Below, piece by piece: positions 25,401-36,400 of a stretch of 60,000 bases of DNA (position 1 is its first letter; the number at the start of each line of letters is the position of its first letter). Location of the stretch: positions 12,898,001-12,958,000 of the forward strand of contig CM075991.1 in NCBI GenBank assembly GCA_038087875.1, given 5' to 3'. A program made the position numbers and the translations under genes. The notes beneath the pieces were generated by a model. That model was not told the origin of the DNA, made no database searches, and saw nothing but the letters and a program-made list of their open reading frames with translations. The DNA comes from Malacoraja senta (lineage: Eukaryota).

Positions 25401-28400
25401 TTACCATTCCCGTTTAAGAATAGGGAGAGAAAATGAGTCATCATTGGTCCTCAGGTACGTGTGCTATCAATGATCACCATTCATAGCATTTTCCTAGCGG
25501 TCAAGTAACCATCCCTACACTGAACGCAGCCTAGATTGCCCGCTCTAATCTTGCCCGTCGAGTTTGGACTCAGAACCTTTCTGCCTCAATCAGAAATGCT
25601 TCCTTCCCTCCCACTCTGCAGCCGTTGCTGAAAGTCTAGGTATGCAACCTGTGGAATGATCTTACCTGCCGCTTCATTTCTGTCATTGTTTGATGCCGAC
25701 GATAGATGTCATGGCTCGGTTCAAGCTCACGGATGGCATTGGGTTCCTCTATGTCCTCGAAGTCTGGCAGCAGGCTGACACACAGAGCAGCACACAATGT
25801 CTCAGGATTCTTCTATGACCCAAAGCACAGGGTACACATGAAATGAAAGCTGACTGCATCAACCCATCTCCTCAGCTCTGGCTGATCTACTGTGTAACTT
25901 TCTGTAAATTCTATGTAGTTTTGAAAACAGACAGCGAGGTTGGCAAGTCACTTTGCAGAATCTTCCTTCCCAATTAGTTTTTCTTTTTCGTTCAGTCCCA
26001 GAAATTAACATGGATTTCCAGTGACTTGGTGTATTTAATTGTGATGTCTTGCTTTCATTACAAGACAGAATAAATGAAAAAAATGCACACTTTCACAATA
26101 GTCTTCCTTCACATTTACATTTTTAGATATAAAAAAAAAAAATCACAACTGACAAATCTATCCAAGATCATAATACAGAACAATGAAAAGTGGAAGTGGG
26201 TTAGTTTGATTCCGTTTAGAGATACAGCATGGAAACCAGTCAGTCTAGACCCGTTCACACCTGTTCTATGTTATCTCACATCCACTCCCTACACACGGGG
26301 CAATATGCAGCAACCAATTCAACTAAACACACGCACCTTTGAGGGTGTGGGAGGAAATCTGAGCACCCAGAGAAAATCCACGTGGTCACAGGGAGAAACT
26401 GCAAACTCCACACAGACAGCAGCCAAGATCAGGATGGAACCCGGGTCTCTGGCGCTGTGAGGCAGTGGCTCTACCAGCAGCATCGCCCACTTCAAATAAT
26501 GACATTTTAAGCTTTTTAAGGTAGATAAAAATGCTGGAGAAACTCAGCGAGTGAGGCAGCATTTATGGAGCGAAGGAAAAGGTGATGTTTCGGGTCGAGA
26601 CCCTTCTTCAGACTGACGAAGGGTCTCTACTTAAGCTTTTTATGCTGTTTAACAACTGATATTCATTTGTTTTGATATTGATCCCCAGCGATAGGCCAGA
26701 AGACCACAAAATTAAATTGCAAACACAAAATGTCTACTATTCAAAACAAAAAGTAATATTTAAACTAATTGATGTAGCAGCAGCTACAGAAAAATCTTAC
26801 TCAAAAACACCAGCAAGATACATCTGCGTGTATCTTGTTGTATCTTCTAGTTCCTCACACCCACATCATTTACAACTAAAATAGTTTAAAGTTCCACTTT
26901 CATTCTTAACAGCGACAGTAAAACCCGAAGTGAAAGTAATGGGTAGGAGAAGCAGAATTAGACTTGTTCTCGTTCATGTTGCCACTACATGTATCATCCA
27001 CAAACATCGTTCATCTTGCCACTACAAGTATCATCCACAAACATACTCACTAGCTCACTCTTCAGGAATTGAATTGCAAAGGGAAGAAAAGCTTCGACAT
27101 AAGTCGTACACTTGGCTGATAACGGCTTGGATGGGATCATGGAACAGATTTTGAGTAAGATGGCGTTCAAATCATCCTGCAAAATAGATAGGAACTGGGT
27201 GACCAGCATGCAGAGTGCAAACAAGCATTGTCAAATGAGAAACATGCAACTTAACCAGTCAAAACTAAATATACACAAAGTGCTGGAGTAACTCAGCAGT
27301 TCAGGCAGCATCTGTGGAGAACATGGATAGGTGACGTTTCACAGAGTGCTGAAGTAACTCAGCGGGTCAGACTGCATTTCAAGAGAAAAGGAATAGATGA
27401 CGTTTCGGGTCAAGACCCTTCTTGAGTCTGAAGAAGGGTCTCGACCGGAAACAACACCTATTCCTTCTCTCCAGAGATGCTGTCTGGCCCACTGAGTAAC
27501 TCCAGCTTTGTGTCCATCTTCGGTTTAAACCGGCATTTGCAGTTTCTTCCTACACAGTCAAAACTAACGATGTGCACAAAAATGCTGGAGTAACTCAGCA
27601 GGTCAGGCAGCATCTCTGGAGAAAAAGGAATAGGTGATGTTTCAGGCTGAGACCCTTCTTCAGACTCGACCCGAAGGGTCCCAACCTGAAATTCCACCCA
27701 TCCTATTTCTCTGGAGTTGCTGCCTGAGATGCTGAGTTACTCCAGCACTTTGGTATAAACCAGTATCTGTAGTTGTCCGTTTATATAAAACTAATGAGGA
27801 ATTGCTGATAAATCTACAGCAGGGTTTTAGTCTGGCTTGTAGGTTTATTTGGAGCAGAAAGAATCTTGCCCACGACAGATCGATTTACCGCTGGGTCCTA
27901 ACACGCCTGGCCTGGTCTGGAAAACTGTTACTATGTCCAGTTCACTTATCAGAGTAGTATATCCATTTTCTGATCCGATCCGTACCCTTTCATACCTGTA
28001 GTTTCCCTTCCCCCTCACTCAGTCCGAAGAAGGGTCTCAACCCAAATCATCACCCATTCTCTCTCTCCAGAGATGTTGCCTGACCCGCTGAGTTACTCCA
28101 GCACTTTGTGTCTATCCTATCCGATCACAGTCATGTGTAGAGCATGGGTAAAGTACAACATTCCCTCCTACAGCCCCCACTACTTCCATTCCCAATGGGA
28201 AACCACCGATAGATCCAGACCTACTCTGACCCCCCCCCCCCTTTCACAGGGATGTGCCCAGTCAGTGCCACCTGCCCCACATGAGGAGCTGTGGAATGAT
28301 TCAGGGAGACATACCTGCACAGCCTTGTTCTCCACCACCTTGTCTACCGCTGCGGCAAGTTCCTTACACCTGGCGCACAGGTTGAACTAAAGGAAAGATA

Positions 28401-31400
28401 AGAAGCATGAATCTTGGCACCTTGTGAAATATGAAGGTGTTTTGGATATGGCTTTGCAAATGCTGAGAGATCATGTTAAAGAGGTTAAATTATTCACTTG
28501 CTTCTCTGTCTTCCCCATCCCCCACAACTTTTTTCCTGAACAATAAAATGTTATTCAGTTAGTCAGTTCCAAAATACTGAAAACATCAAAACTGCCCACC
28601 AGTTTGCAAACATCAATTAATCAATCATCAAATTATGTTGTCATCCTTACCCATGCCATGTTCACAGAAGGCTTCCAGAGTCCTCGTGGACATTGCGTGT
28701 TCCCTCTCCAGGGACACGTGGGCACGGACGTAAGCCTGAGAGATGGGCAGGCAGTCGACTCGGCAGAATCCTTGACTGCCTGCTACCTGGACCCGTGAAT
28801 GGCCTTCTTGGCCCTCCCCAACCAACCTTGCCCCCTCCGTACTGGGTGACCAAAGATCAAAAGCGTGGGGTTGAATTGCAGCTGAAACTTGAGTAGCAGC
28901 CCCTTCAGATATTTAAATAGGGGCTGCAATCTCTCACACTCCATACACACATGTACATGGTCTCTTCCACACCACAGAAGTGACAGGCGGCTGGCCTGTC
29001 TGTGAACCAACTTAAATATCTATTTCACGCCACTGCTCCGTACAACACTACTGCCCCAGGTCACTGGGCATCCACTGGCTGCCTTGCTTTGACAGCTTTA
29101 CAGTACAGCCTAATACACAGGTTGCCACTGCTTGGCCAGTTGCAACCTTCTGCACTCAATATCAAACTCTCTAATGTAGCAACTCATTCCTTCCACTTAT
29201 CCAATTTAACACTGCCATTGCGGTATTGGATGGTCTGGGGGGCGTGAGCCACATCCTTGATACTAACACTTTGTCCAGAAGATGCCCATCTGATCCCAAC
29301 CACTACAGTAACTCGTTTGGTATCACTCTATCCGGGATGTTTCTTTTCTTCTACATACCTTCTCTTCTACTCAAATGCTTTTTCTTGCTTCTGACCAGGG
29401 ATCAGACCTACAACCCTGTTTTTCTCTGCACAGATGCTATTTGACATCCAGAGTGCTTTGACAACCCCTAATCTAGGCATCGTTCTGCATTCTCTCCAAA
29501 GTCTCCAGATCCTTCCTGGAATTGGGGTAGCCAGAAGAGTACCCCACCAGAAACACAGAGAGCAGGGTCAGGGAGAGTACCATCTATGTTTTGTTGATAT
29601 TCAAGCCTGCACCAGAAAAAGTGAAGTGAAAAGTGAAAAAGTGAAGTGAGAAAGAGATTTCCATTGTGTAGCAATGTAAACTTCATTATTGCTTCACTAA
29701 ATCTGTTCTGGACAAAAACACGAGGCTAAAACTGTAGATCGTTGCTCAAATAGGAAATTTCTACATTAAAAAATGTACTCATTTTAAATGTACTTTATAT
29801 TAGCACGTTATTTTAATTTCAACATGGTTACTTCATCAGTGTTGCAACATCTTCAGCAGAGTTCTCATTTCCTCATAATTCAGACCTCTGTGGAGCAAAA
29901 CTCCACAACTTCCTTAGACACAAAGGTTGCTGTGAACGGTAATTATATTTCAAAAATATTTCATTGACCGCAGAATATTTTACTGTTGGAAACGGGTGCA
30001 ACACAAATAAAAATATCCAACTTGGTTCTTCTGAAGAATGAAGGAAGATGGTAGAGAAACTAAGTGTTTGCTACAGATTGTAAAGGGCTTGCATATAAAG
30101 GCAGGTCTGGATGAGCTCATGTCTAGCCAGGGTTGATTAAAGGCAGCCAACATCCAGTGATTCATTCAGATCCATTACAGAGAACAAATCTCACCAACCC
30201 AAGGACACATTGATGGCAGGCTTGAACTTGAAGAGATGAGAAGGCACTAGTGATTATGAATCAGTCACCGATTCCAAAGATGGGTCGTCTCCAGCTATGG
30301 ACTGTGCAAAAGAACCCTCTTGCATCCATGATACATAATCACAACATGCTTCACACTCACCCCTTTTGATTCGGACCATTCGGTATTCATACACTTCACG
30401 AACGAGCCACACTCTAGGGTAGTCTTCAGGTCCTTGCACATAGTCTCAACGTCGGGAGGACACGAGCTCTTCATCTCAGGACGGACCAGAACTGTGATAT
30501 AATAAACCAGAGTCATTGCCGCACCCAAAGCATCAGTCACTCTTTACTTTATCCTCCAACTCACACCCTGTGATGAAAAGTGTAGGAAAGAACTGCAGAT
30601 GCTGGTTTAAATCAAAAGGTAGACACAAAATGATGGAGTAACTCAGCGGGACAGGCAGCATCGCTGGAGAGAATGGGTGACATGAAACGTCACCCATTCC
30701 TTCTTTCCAGAGATGCTGCCTGTCCTGCTGAGTTACTCCAGCATTTTGTGTCTACCCGGTGATGAAAAGATCAATTCATGTTCTGGTGCAGTTTTATTGA
30801 CATTTGGCCTCAACCAATGTCTTGTGTGTGCATCTTGATCTGGATCTGCAGTTCCTTCCTACACAGAATAATGACTTTGCCAGTCTCAGTCTCACTGCCA
30901 CAATGGACAGAAGACCTCAGAGGAACTTCCCAATCCCTGTTTCTTCTCCATATTCTGCTGATTTACAATTGAAATTCTGAAAAATTCTTTGAATTGCAGC
31001 AGCAGGAAATGTGACTCGACAGCCCAGAAACCTACAGGTAGAATGTTGTCCACCCCACTGCACTAGTTTCCCATTGATTCCCCAATCTAGCAAAGCTGGG
31101 GGCAGGGTGCATCGCAGAATACCAGAGTTACTTTGGTGTGTCATCATCTCCAATATGCACGTCCATTAAGCAGCCTATGTGAGCAAGTGCGGAATTGGGA
31201 ACTTTACTCTCTATCCTAAAGTTTGGCCAATATTCATCCCTGATCACAGATTCTGGTTATAGAATCATTTAGTGATACAGAATGGAAACAAGCCCCTCGA
31301 CCCAACTCCTCCAACATATCTACCTACGCTCATCCCATTGAGTTGCACTGGGGCATATCCCAGTAAACCTTTCCCACCCATATACATATCCAAATGTATT

Positions 31401-34400
31401 TTAAATGTTACAATTTTACCTGCCTCTACCGCTTCTATTAACCCACCAAAAAAGACTGTGCCCATCTACCCTATCTATGTCACTTCTAATTTTATCAACC
31501 TCTATAAAGGTTGCCCCTCACCCAAGGCCAAAGTCCACCTGGTTAATTCTCCTACTGCTGTTGCATGACCTTGGCTGCCACGTTTCCCCACTACTTGGGT
31601 GTCAGGAATGGGATGTGAAAGGCATCATATAAATGCAGCTACCTCAGGCTCCCAACACATTGCCAGCGCCACGTTAGGCGAGGCAGTCACTCCAATGCGT
31701 GATGTTTCTACAGGAAAGTTTGGACATTGAGATACACAGAGTGTGAACAAGTGCTCGACACTGTAATCCTCCACTACAAGTCGATGAGATCCAGGCATAT
31801 TATTGTCATGTGTACCAAGGTACAGCGAGAAGCTTTGTTTAGCAAGTTCTCCAATCAAAGCAGATAATACGATACATTGATACAATCGCCAAACTCGGGT
31901 AGCATAGGTAGAGCAAAGGAAATGATACAGGGTGTAGAGTGGAGTTCCAACATTGCACACAACAGTCCCAGAGACCTGCAGATGAGATTTCACAACAAGG
32001 ATCTGATACAGGTAGCAGCATAGCTGGGAGAGGGCCATTATCCTTGTGATAGAAGCGATGCAAAGTTAAATCACGCTGCTTAAATGAACACAACAGTACA
32101 AAACTGAAAGGGCGCTGAGAATTTTATTGTTACCAATTTCCTCCCCATTTGAAATCAGACTCCTGTTACAGAGAAAGTTCATTTAGAAACATAGAAAATA
32201 GGTGCAGGAGTAGGCCATTCGGCCCTTTGAGCCTGCACCGCCATTCAATATGATCGTGGCTGATCATCCAACTCAGTATCCTGTACCTGCCTTCTCTCCA
32301 TACCCCCTGATCCCTTTGTCTCGGTAACTCACCTGACCACTACATGGTATTCCCCCGACTGTGGCCAAGGGTGCATTAGCTCAGGTAGCGGGGACACTTT
32401 ACACAGCCTCGATCAACCTGTTGCCTGCTGATGGGAAGTGTTTGACCAGTCATGCAAAACTGGGCAAGAGAAGGCAGCCATGATAAGTACTGCAGTACGG
32501 TGCTCCTGCACACTGCAAGTGCTGCAGGTACTTTAGTGGTCGAGCATGCAGATAGGCTCCAGAAAGCCTGCACGTACCTTATGGCACCTGGAAGAATTCA
32601 CCTACTCCCGTCGCACAAATGACTTTGGTTTTTGCACCACAATGATTACTTAGTATTAGGATTAACAACTTATTGTATTTTTTTATTATTATACATCATC
32701 CGTGTGTTATTGCGTTAATGGGTCTGTGAATCTGCAGCAAGAATTTCATTATGCAAGGCAATGGCCACTCAACTCATACAATTCTGACCCAAAACATCAC
32801 CCATCCTTCTCATCTACAAATGCTGCCTGGCTTGACGAGTCACTCCAGCACTTTGTGTTTCATTTAAGATTTGAGCATCTGCAGTTCCTTGCGTCTCCAT
32901 AAAATGACTCTTTCAATCGCTGGCTGCTGGTTCCAGCTGATTAGCCCAGGGCAGAGTTCAGCTCCATTCACTCATTTGCTGCGGTTAAAATGGCCAACTG
33001 CACCTTGAACTTAATCGATGGCTATTCTGCAGATTTAACGTCAGGATTTAAGAAGCATCACGGCTGATGCTTCTCTCAACCTGCTGAGGGTCCTCTGCTG
33101 CCGTGTCATCGAGTCGTAGAATAATAGTGTGGTAACAGGCCCTTCGGCCCAACTTGCCCACACCGGCCAACATGTCCCAGCTGCACCTGTCCCACCTGCC
33201 TGCGCTTGGTCCTCATCCCTCCAAACCTGTCCTCCTCGACTCAGTCAGCGATTGTTCCACTGAGTCACTCGTTTCCCATCTACACCTCACGCTGCCTCGT
33301 CAAGGCCAGCAGCATAATCAAGGACCAGTCTCACCCCCAGTCACTCCCTCTTCTCCATTCTCCCATCAGGCAAGAGGTACAGTAGTTTGTAAACTCACAC
33401 CCATACATTCTGGGACAGTTTCTTCCCAGCTGTTATTAGGCAACTGAACCGTCCTCTCACCAACTAGAGAGCGTTTACCTCATTGGAGATCTTTGAACTA
33501 TCTTTGATCACTTTATCTTGCCAAACGTTGGATCCTTTATCTGTACACTGTGGATGGCTTGGTTATAATTAATATAGTTATGTTTTCCACCAATTGTGAA
33601 CACCTAACTGATCACATTCCTGCTGCTTGGTATTCTCCAACTAGTCTCCTGTCAAAGATGGAACCAAAGTCATCGAGAATACCAGAGGTGCTGCCTTGCT
33701 GAAAGGAGAGACGTTAGTATCACAGCCAAAACTAGTCTTTATCTCAGCATAGTTCGGGCCCACAGTAATGTATGAACAGTCTTAGGAACAGCAGTCGGTG
33801 CTGGCTCGAAGGGCCGAATGGCCTACTCCTGCACCAATTGTCTATTGGAGTGTGCGAGCCAGGAACACAGCACCAACTATTCATCAACGATGACATTCTT
33901 GTTTCCCCTCACCTTCTGTAGTTGTGAAACTGAAGGGCACAGGGGAATAGAGAGGGAATAATCTAGTGTTCCGTTGTGCTGGGATGGAGGCATCTTAACC
34001 AAAAGTAACTAAAACACTAACTACATCTTAGATAGATCCTTTCAGCAGATAATGTTTGGGATAAAATACAATTAACCTGAAGCTTGGACAAGGCAACAGG
34101 AAGACATTTCCAATCTACTGTTCACAAAGATAGTCACTGGTGATGTTTTCTTCACCTCTCGCATGTGTCTGTTTCAATTATTCTGTTAGCAACTGATGCC
34201 ATAAATAGTCACTAATCAAGGCTTTAATCAAATCACGACAGACATCAGAACACCCCCGCCCCACAGTGTGGACTAGAAGAACAATGATTAGTCCCTGTTA
34301 ATTATGGTGATTTACAAAAGTTATTGGAAAGGGAAACTTGAAATCCTGGGATCAGGAATGCTGTGACATTCCAAGTTGCAGGATCTGAACATCCGGCTCA

Positions 34401-36203
34401 TCGCAGTAGAGTGGAGACACAGGAAACTGCAGATGCTGGTCTATCAAAAAAAGTGCTGGAGTAACTAGGTCAGAAAAAGAGTCTCGACTCGAAATAGACA
34501 ATAGGTGCATGAGTAGGCCATTCGAAATGTTGCCTTTGCATCTCCTCCAGAGAGAGCTTTACCCACTGAGTCACTGTGTGTTTCTCATTGCGGTCTGGTT
34601 TTGCAAGATCTGCACTATCACAAGTACAGTTTTATTGATTAACTCCATTATCAATGCATCATTTCACTACCAGGACCATTCCATGCTCACAACCAAAGAG
34701 TCTTTCTAAATAATTAATATTTTCTTTATATATCCATCCACAGATGGCTGTGGAGGCCAAGTCAGTGGATATTTTTAAGGCAGAGATAGATATATTCTTG
34801 ATTTGTATAAGTGTCAGAGGTTATGGGGAGAAGGCAGGAGAATGGGGTTAGGAGGGAAAGATAGATCATTGAAAGGTGGAGTAGACTTGATGGGCCGAAT
34901 AGCCTAATTCTACTCCTATCACTTATGACCTTATCCTCTCAATCAATATCTTAAACACTTTGAAATGTTGATGGGATGCGAGAGAAAACAGTTCACAGCA
35001 AAATAAATGAAGGTATGGAGTTAATGGAATGGTTGAGAGCTGGCACAGACTGGGTGGGCTGAATGGCCTCCTACCTCAGGGGTTCCCGACCTTTTTTGTC
35101 CCATTTGTCCCAGGCAACTTTAATAGCACATAACAATGTTATTTCACTTATTTATGAACAACTAATGATGAACAGATACCTGTATACCAGAACCAAACAG
35201 TCAGTCAATGAGAAAAAATATGTACAAATCCAGAATCAACAAATTTACCCCCTGGGTAGGCGAAATTTACCCCAGGTTGGGAACTCTTGTTCTACAGCCT
35301 AAGGCAAACATGAAAAGAATCTACGAGATACTGGTGATAGACACTAAATGCTGGAGTAACTCAGCAGGACAGACAATATTTCTGGAGAGAAGGAATGGGT
35401 GGCGTTTTGGGGTCGAGACCCTTCTACTGTATAACAGATACTAGAGCTGACACCTAAGGTACTGTACACACACAATATGGCAGATATAAAACTGGTTTAG
35501 CAAAGGAAGGATTTAGAGCTCATAGAGCAGACCATGGAGAGGTCGAATGAACCAGGAAGTGACAGAGTTTAATGGACAGCTCCTTGCTTCGTGATTATTC
35601 AGCTCCACATTTAAAGGAGCAAAGTAACTGCGGATTAGATTCCAGTAAAGATTCCAGAACACAAAGTGCAGAGAAGCTGCAATCACAGAGCCGGTATACT
35701 GAGAGTCAGTCCGTAAAGCGACCCATAGAGATGGGGTCCCAGACACGGGCAACACAAGGGGGGGGGGTCGTCAGGGGACCCTCGCCGGGCCTGGGTCAAC
35801 TGGGCGACATGAATCTAAGTCGAGGGGGTGATGTGAGTCGGGGAACCGGCGCTGTGTTGTCATCAATGCAGCGGCGACAGGAGCGGGGGGAATGTGACCC
35901 AGTGTCCGGCAACCTCCCCCACCCCACCCCGGCAACGACCCCCCCCCCAGCCCCCCGCAACCCCCAGCCCGCGGTGGGGGAACACAACGCACTGACTGTC
36001 GCCAGAAATCTACAAGGGCGAGCGGGGTGAGAGCAGGACATCTCCAGACCCGGGGCCACAACCCGAGACACTGACGGCAACTCAATACCCCGTCACCCAC
36101 CCACCCCTGTCCCACCTGAACCACCACCCCTGTCCCCCACCCTCACCCTCTTATACCCACCTGGTGACAGACACAGAACGGCGAGGATAATCAGGGCAGC
36201 CAT
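13365..36203 (-). CDS. SFTPB: Surfactant protein B-like / prosaposin-family precursor, 379 aa, 11 exons: complement(join 36161-36203,30361-30491,28315-28386,27051-27176,25666-25812,22797-22877,21838-22012,19266-19402,16753-16833,15162-15272,13365-13400)
   Basis: The exons total 1140 nt with no internal stop, all junctions are GT-AG and phases match. Architecture: signal peptide, SapA, three six-Cys SapB domains, SapA. The 72-, 126- and 81-nt phase-0 exons correspond to the SFTPB exon layout as I recall it. Three SapB domains argue against prosaposin, which has four. SFTPB also neighbours USP39 tail-to-tail in human. Confidence 0.88.
13515..13870 (-). mobile_element. Penelope-like element fragment with a nested short hammerhead-motif repeat (about 13727-13820)
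   Basis: Minus-strand remnant QSFQVRQRFTC...(Y)MGKTERRLGDRFAEHLHS resembles a GIY-YIG endonuclease region of Penelope-like elements. Confidence 0.55.
14250..14670 (+). mobile_element. CR1-like LINE 3' fragment
   Basis: Remnant GLEDRSYRERLGRLGLYSL...GDLIEV, followed by a typical 3' tail ending gggcctgtttccatgctgt. Confidence 0.65.
15162..15272 (-). CDS. SFTPB: SFTPB-like exon 10 (DLDLCVRKTVVRQLGKNECTWGPAHWCSDKAIAARCK)
   Basis: Acceptor taacag|GAC, donor AAA|gtaagt; canonical SapA motif CTWGPxHWC. Confidence 0.93.
15851..16575 (-). mobile_element. Rex1/Babar-type (L2-related) LINE 3' fragment in SFTPB-like intron 9
   Basis: ORF remnants KSFKFL...IIKKAHQRLYFLRRLRR...NFYRCTVESMLTGC and KKAGSIIKDPHYPGH...LPSGRRYR...RFRNSYFPTAIRLLN; short (CTTGAA) tail. 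Confidence 0.85.
16753..16833 (-). CDS. SFTPB: SFTPB-like exon 9 (CEDFVYAYKPQLETMIPMSDKSKDICK)
   Basis: Acceptor ccttag|TGT, donor AAG|gtaaga; 81 nt; resembles human CKQFVEQHTPQL...TTCQ. Confidence 0.9.
17001..17300 (+). mobile_element. tRNA-derived V-SINE (HE1-like)
   Basis: Head GGTGGCGCAGCAGTAGAG...GGTTTGATCC (A/B boxes), core GAGTTTGTACGTTCTCCC...CCCACACTCCAAAGAC, tail CTAAACTAA. Confidence 0.8.
18578..18945. mobile_element. Harbinger/PIF-type MITE inserted in a LINE-tail repeat
   Basis: Long terminal inverted repeats AGGGCCTGTCCCACTGTA(T/C)GAGGTAATTCAAGAGTTC and an internal palindrome; TTA on the left, TTC on the right. Confidence 0.8.
19266..19402 (-). CDS. SFTPB: SFTPB-like exon 8 (DELTDDLGMPTCDGCEKMVNHLSLGQKSGTDMIKTCSSLSGTPFLL)
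   Basis: Acceptor atgtag|AT, donor TTG|gtgagt; phase 1-0; SapB3 Cys1-3. Confidence 0.88.
19630..20056 (+). mobile_element. Rex1/Babar-type LINE 3' end, same subfamily as 15851-16575
   Basis: QSIIGSDLPTIEGIYRSRCLKKAGSIIKD...RFRNSYFP, shared 3' UTR and CTTGAA tail. Confidence 0.85.
21838..22012 (-). CDS. SFTPB: SFTPB-like exon 7 (ALILKELNLICSVVPKQYSEKCQELVKDDGAIIIDMILKQLGPNAICFGLKLCFVDLS)
   Basis: Acceptor ttacag|GCT, donor TCAG|gtaact; SapB2 Cys3-6; CSVVP resembles human CRVVP. Confidence 0.93.
22225..22635 (-). mobile_element. CR1-like LINE 3' end
   Basis: RLRGDLIETYKILKGLDRLDAGRLF...SRTRGHSLRIRG...; (TTTCTATG)n tail. Confidence 0.85.
22797..22877 (-). CDS. SFTPB: SFTPB-like exon 6 (VKYLPPCELCLLVLKELEKILPTERTK)
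   Basis: Acceptor ttgcag|GTG, donor AAG|gtgagt; LPPCELC resembles LPYCWLC at the start of mature SP-B. Confidence 0.92.
23701..23912. mobile_element. Harbinger/PIF-type MITE, 212 bp
   Basis: TIR AGGGCCTGTCCCACTTTCACGACCT; TTA duplication at 23698-23700 and 23913-23915. A solo end of the same family lies at about 5065-5113. Confidence 0.85.
24722..25008 (-). mobile_element. V-SINE (HE1-like)
   Basis: Reverse complement of the SINE at 17001-17300. Confidence 0.8.
25666..25812 (-). CDS. SFTPB: SFTPB-like exon 5 (KNPETLCAALCVSLLPDFED...TEMKRQ)
   Basis: Acceptor tcatag|AAG (tandem NAGNAG alternative start at 25809), donor CAG|gtaaga; end of SapB1 plus linker. Confidence 0.85.
26203..26487 (-). 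mobile_element. Degenerate V-SINE
   Basis: Same head, core and tail, more diverged. Confidence 0.65.
27051..27176 (-). CDS. SFTPB: SFTPB-like exon 4 (DDLNAILLKICSMIPSKPLSAKCTTYVEAFLPFAIQFLKSEL)
   Basis: Acceptor ttgcag|GAT, donor CTA|gtgagt; 126 nt; SapB core. Confidence 0.92.
27269..27786. mobile_element. Two adjacent Penelope-type hairpin inserts
   Basis: Each has inverted GCTGGAGTAACTCAGC...GCTGAGTTACTCCAGC arms; CAGTCAAAACTAA is duplicated at 27256-27268 and 27555-27567. Confidence 0.7.
28315..28386 (-). CDS. SFTPB: SFTPB-like exon 3 (FNLCARCKELAAAVDKVVENKAVQ)
   Basis: Acceptor ctttag|TTC, donor CAG|gtatgt; 72 nt; CxxC start of SapB1. Confidence 0.9.
28640..29040 (-). mobile_element. 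Tx1/L1-type LINE ORF2 C-terminal remnant
   Basis: HVCMECERLQPLFKYLKGLLLKF...FNPTLLIFGHPVRRG...AKKAIHGSR resembles the post-RT Cys/His region of Tx1-like elements. Confidence 0.65.
30361..30491 (-). CDS. SFTPB: SFTPB-like exon 2, divergent N-terminal SapA (VLVRPEMKSSCPPDVETMCKDLKTTLECGSFVKCMNTEWSESKG)
   Basis: Acceptor tcacag|TT, donor GGG|gtgagt; four Cys and terminal Trp in SapA spacing. Confidence 0.88.
35077..35289. mobile_element. hAT-like MITE
   Basis: Imperfect TIRs CAGGGGTTCCCGACC and GGTTGGGAACTCTTG, internal AATTTACCCC repeats; the 8-bp TSD is only partly conserved. Confidence 0.5.
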
Positions 36204-36400
36204 CTCCGCTCCGGGAACACAGGACACCGACACTAACACTGACACTGACACTGACACTGATACAGACACCCCGACCCTGGCTCCGCGCCGCTGTAAATAA
36301 GCGCTGGTGCCGCCGGGCTCGGCCTATTAGCACAAGGACGCGCCCCTCCCGGGTTATGTCATCTCATCTCAGCCCAGCGCCGCGCTCTGCGTCACGTCTT
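35730..36400 (-). promoter_or_regulatory. CpG/GC-rich promoter and first-exon region of the SFTPB-like gene
   Basis: Clear rise in CpG and GC content against an AT-rich background; TATTTA-like motif on - near 36294-36299, about 90 nt upstream of the ATG. Confidence 0.65.
36161..36203 (-). CDS. SFTPB: SFTPB-like exon 1, signal peptide MAALIILAVLCLSP
   Basis: Good Kozak context gagATGG, hydrophobic leader, donor CAG|gtgggt; phase 1 matches exon 2; lies in a CpG-rich region. Confidence 0.82.

Noticed and set aside
30254..30360. CEACC motif in another frame suggesting a frameshifted saposin domain
   Set aside because: It lies after the strong GTGAGT donor at 30360, and the SapB1 start is supplied in frame by exon 28315-28386.
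32330..32590. Cys-containing stretch on - with an acceptor-like and a donor-like site in intron 1
   Set aside because: The frame that would continue exon 1 hits a stop, there is no saposin pattern, and exons 1 and 2 already join in frame.
13365..36203. Calling the minus-strand gene PSAP or C2orf68
   Set aside because: It has only three SapB domains, SFTPB-like exon sizes and USP39 adjacency, and no resemblance to C2orf68.
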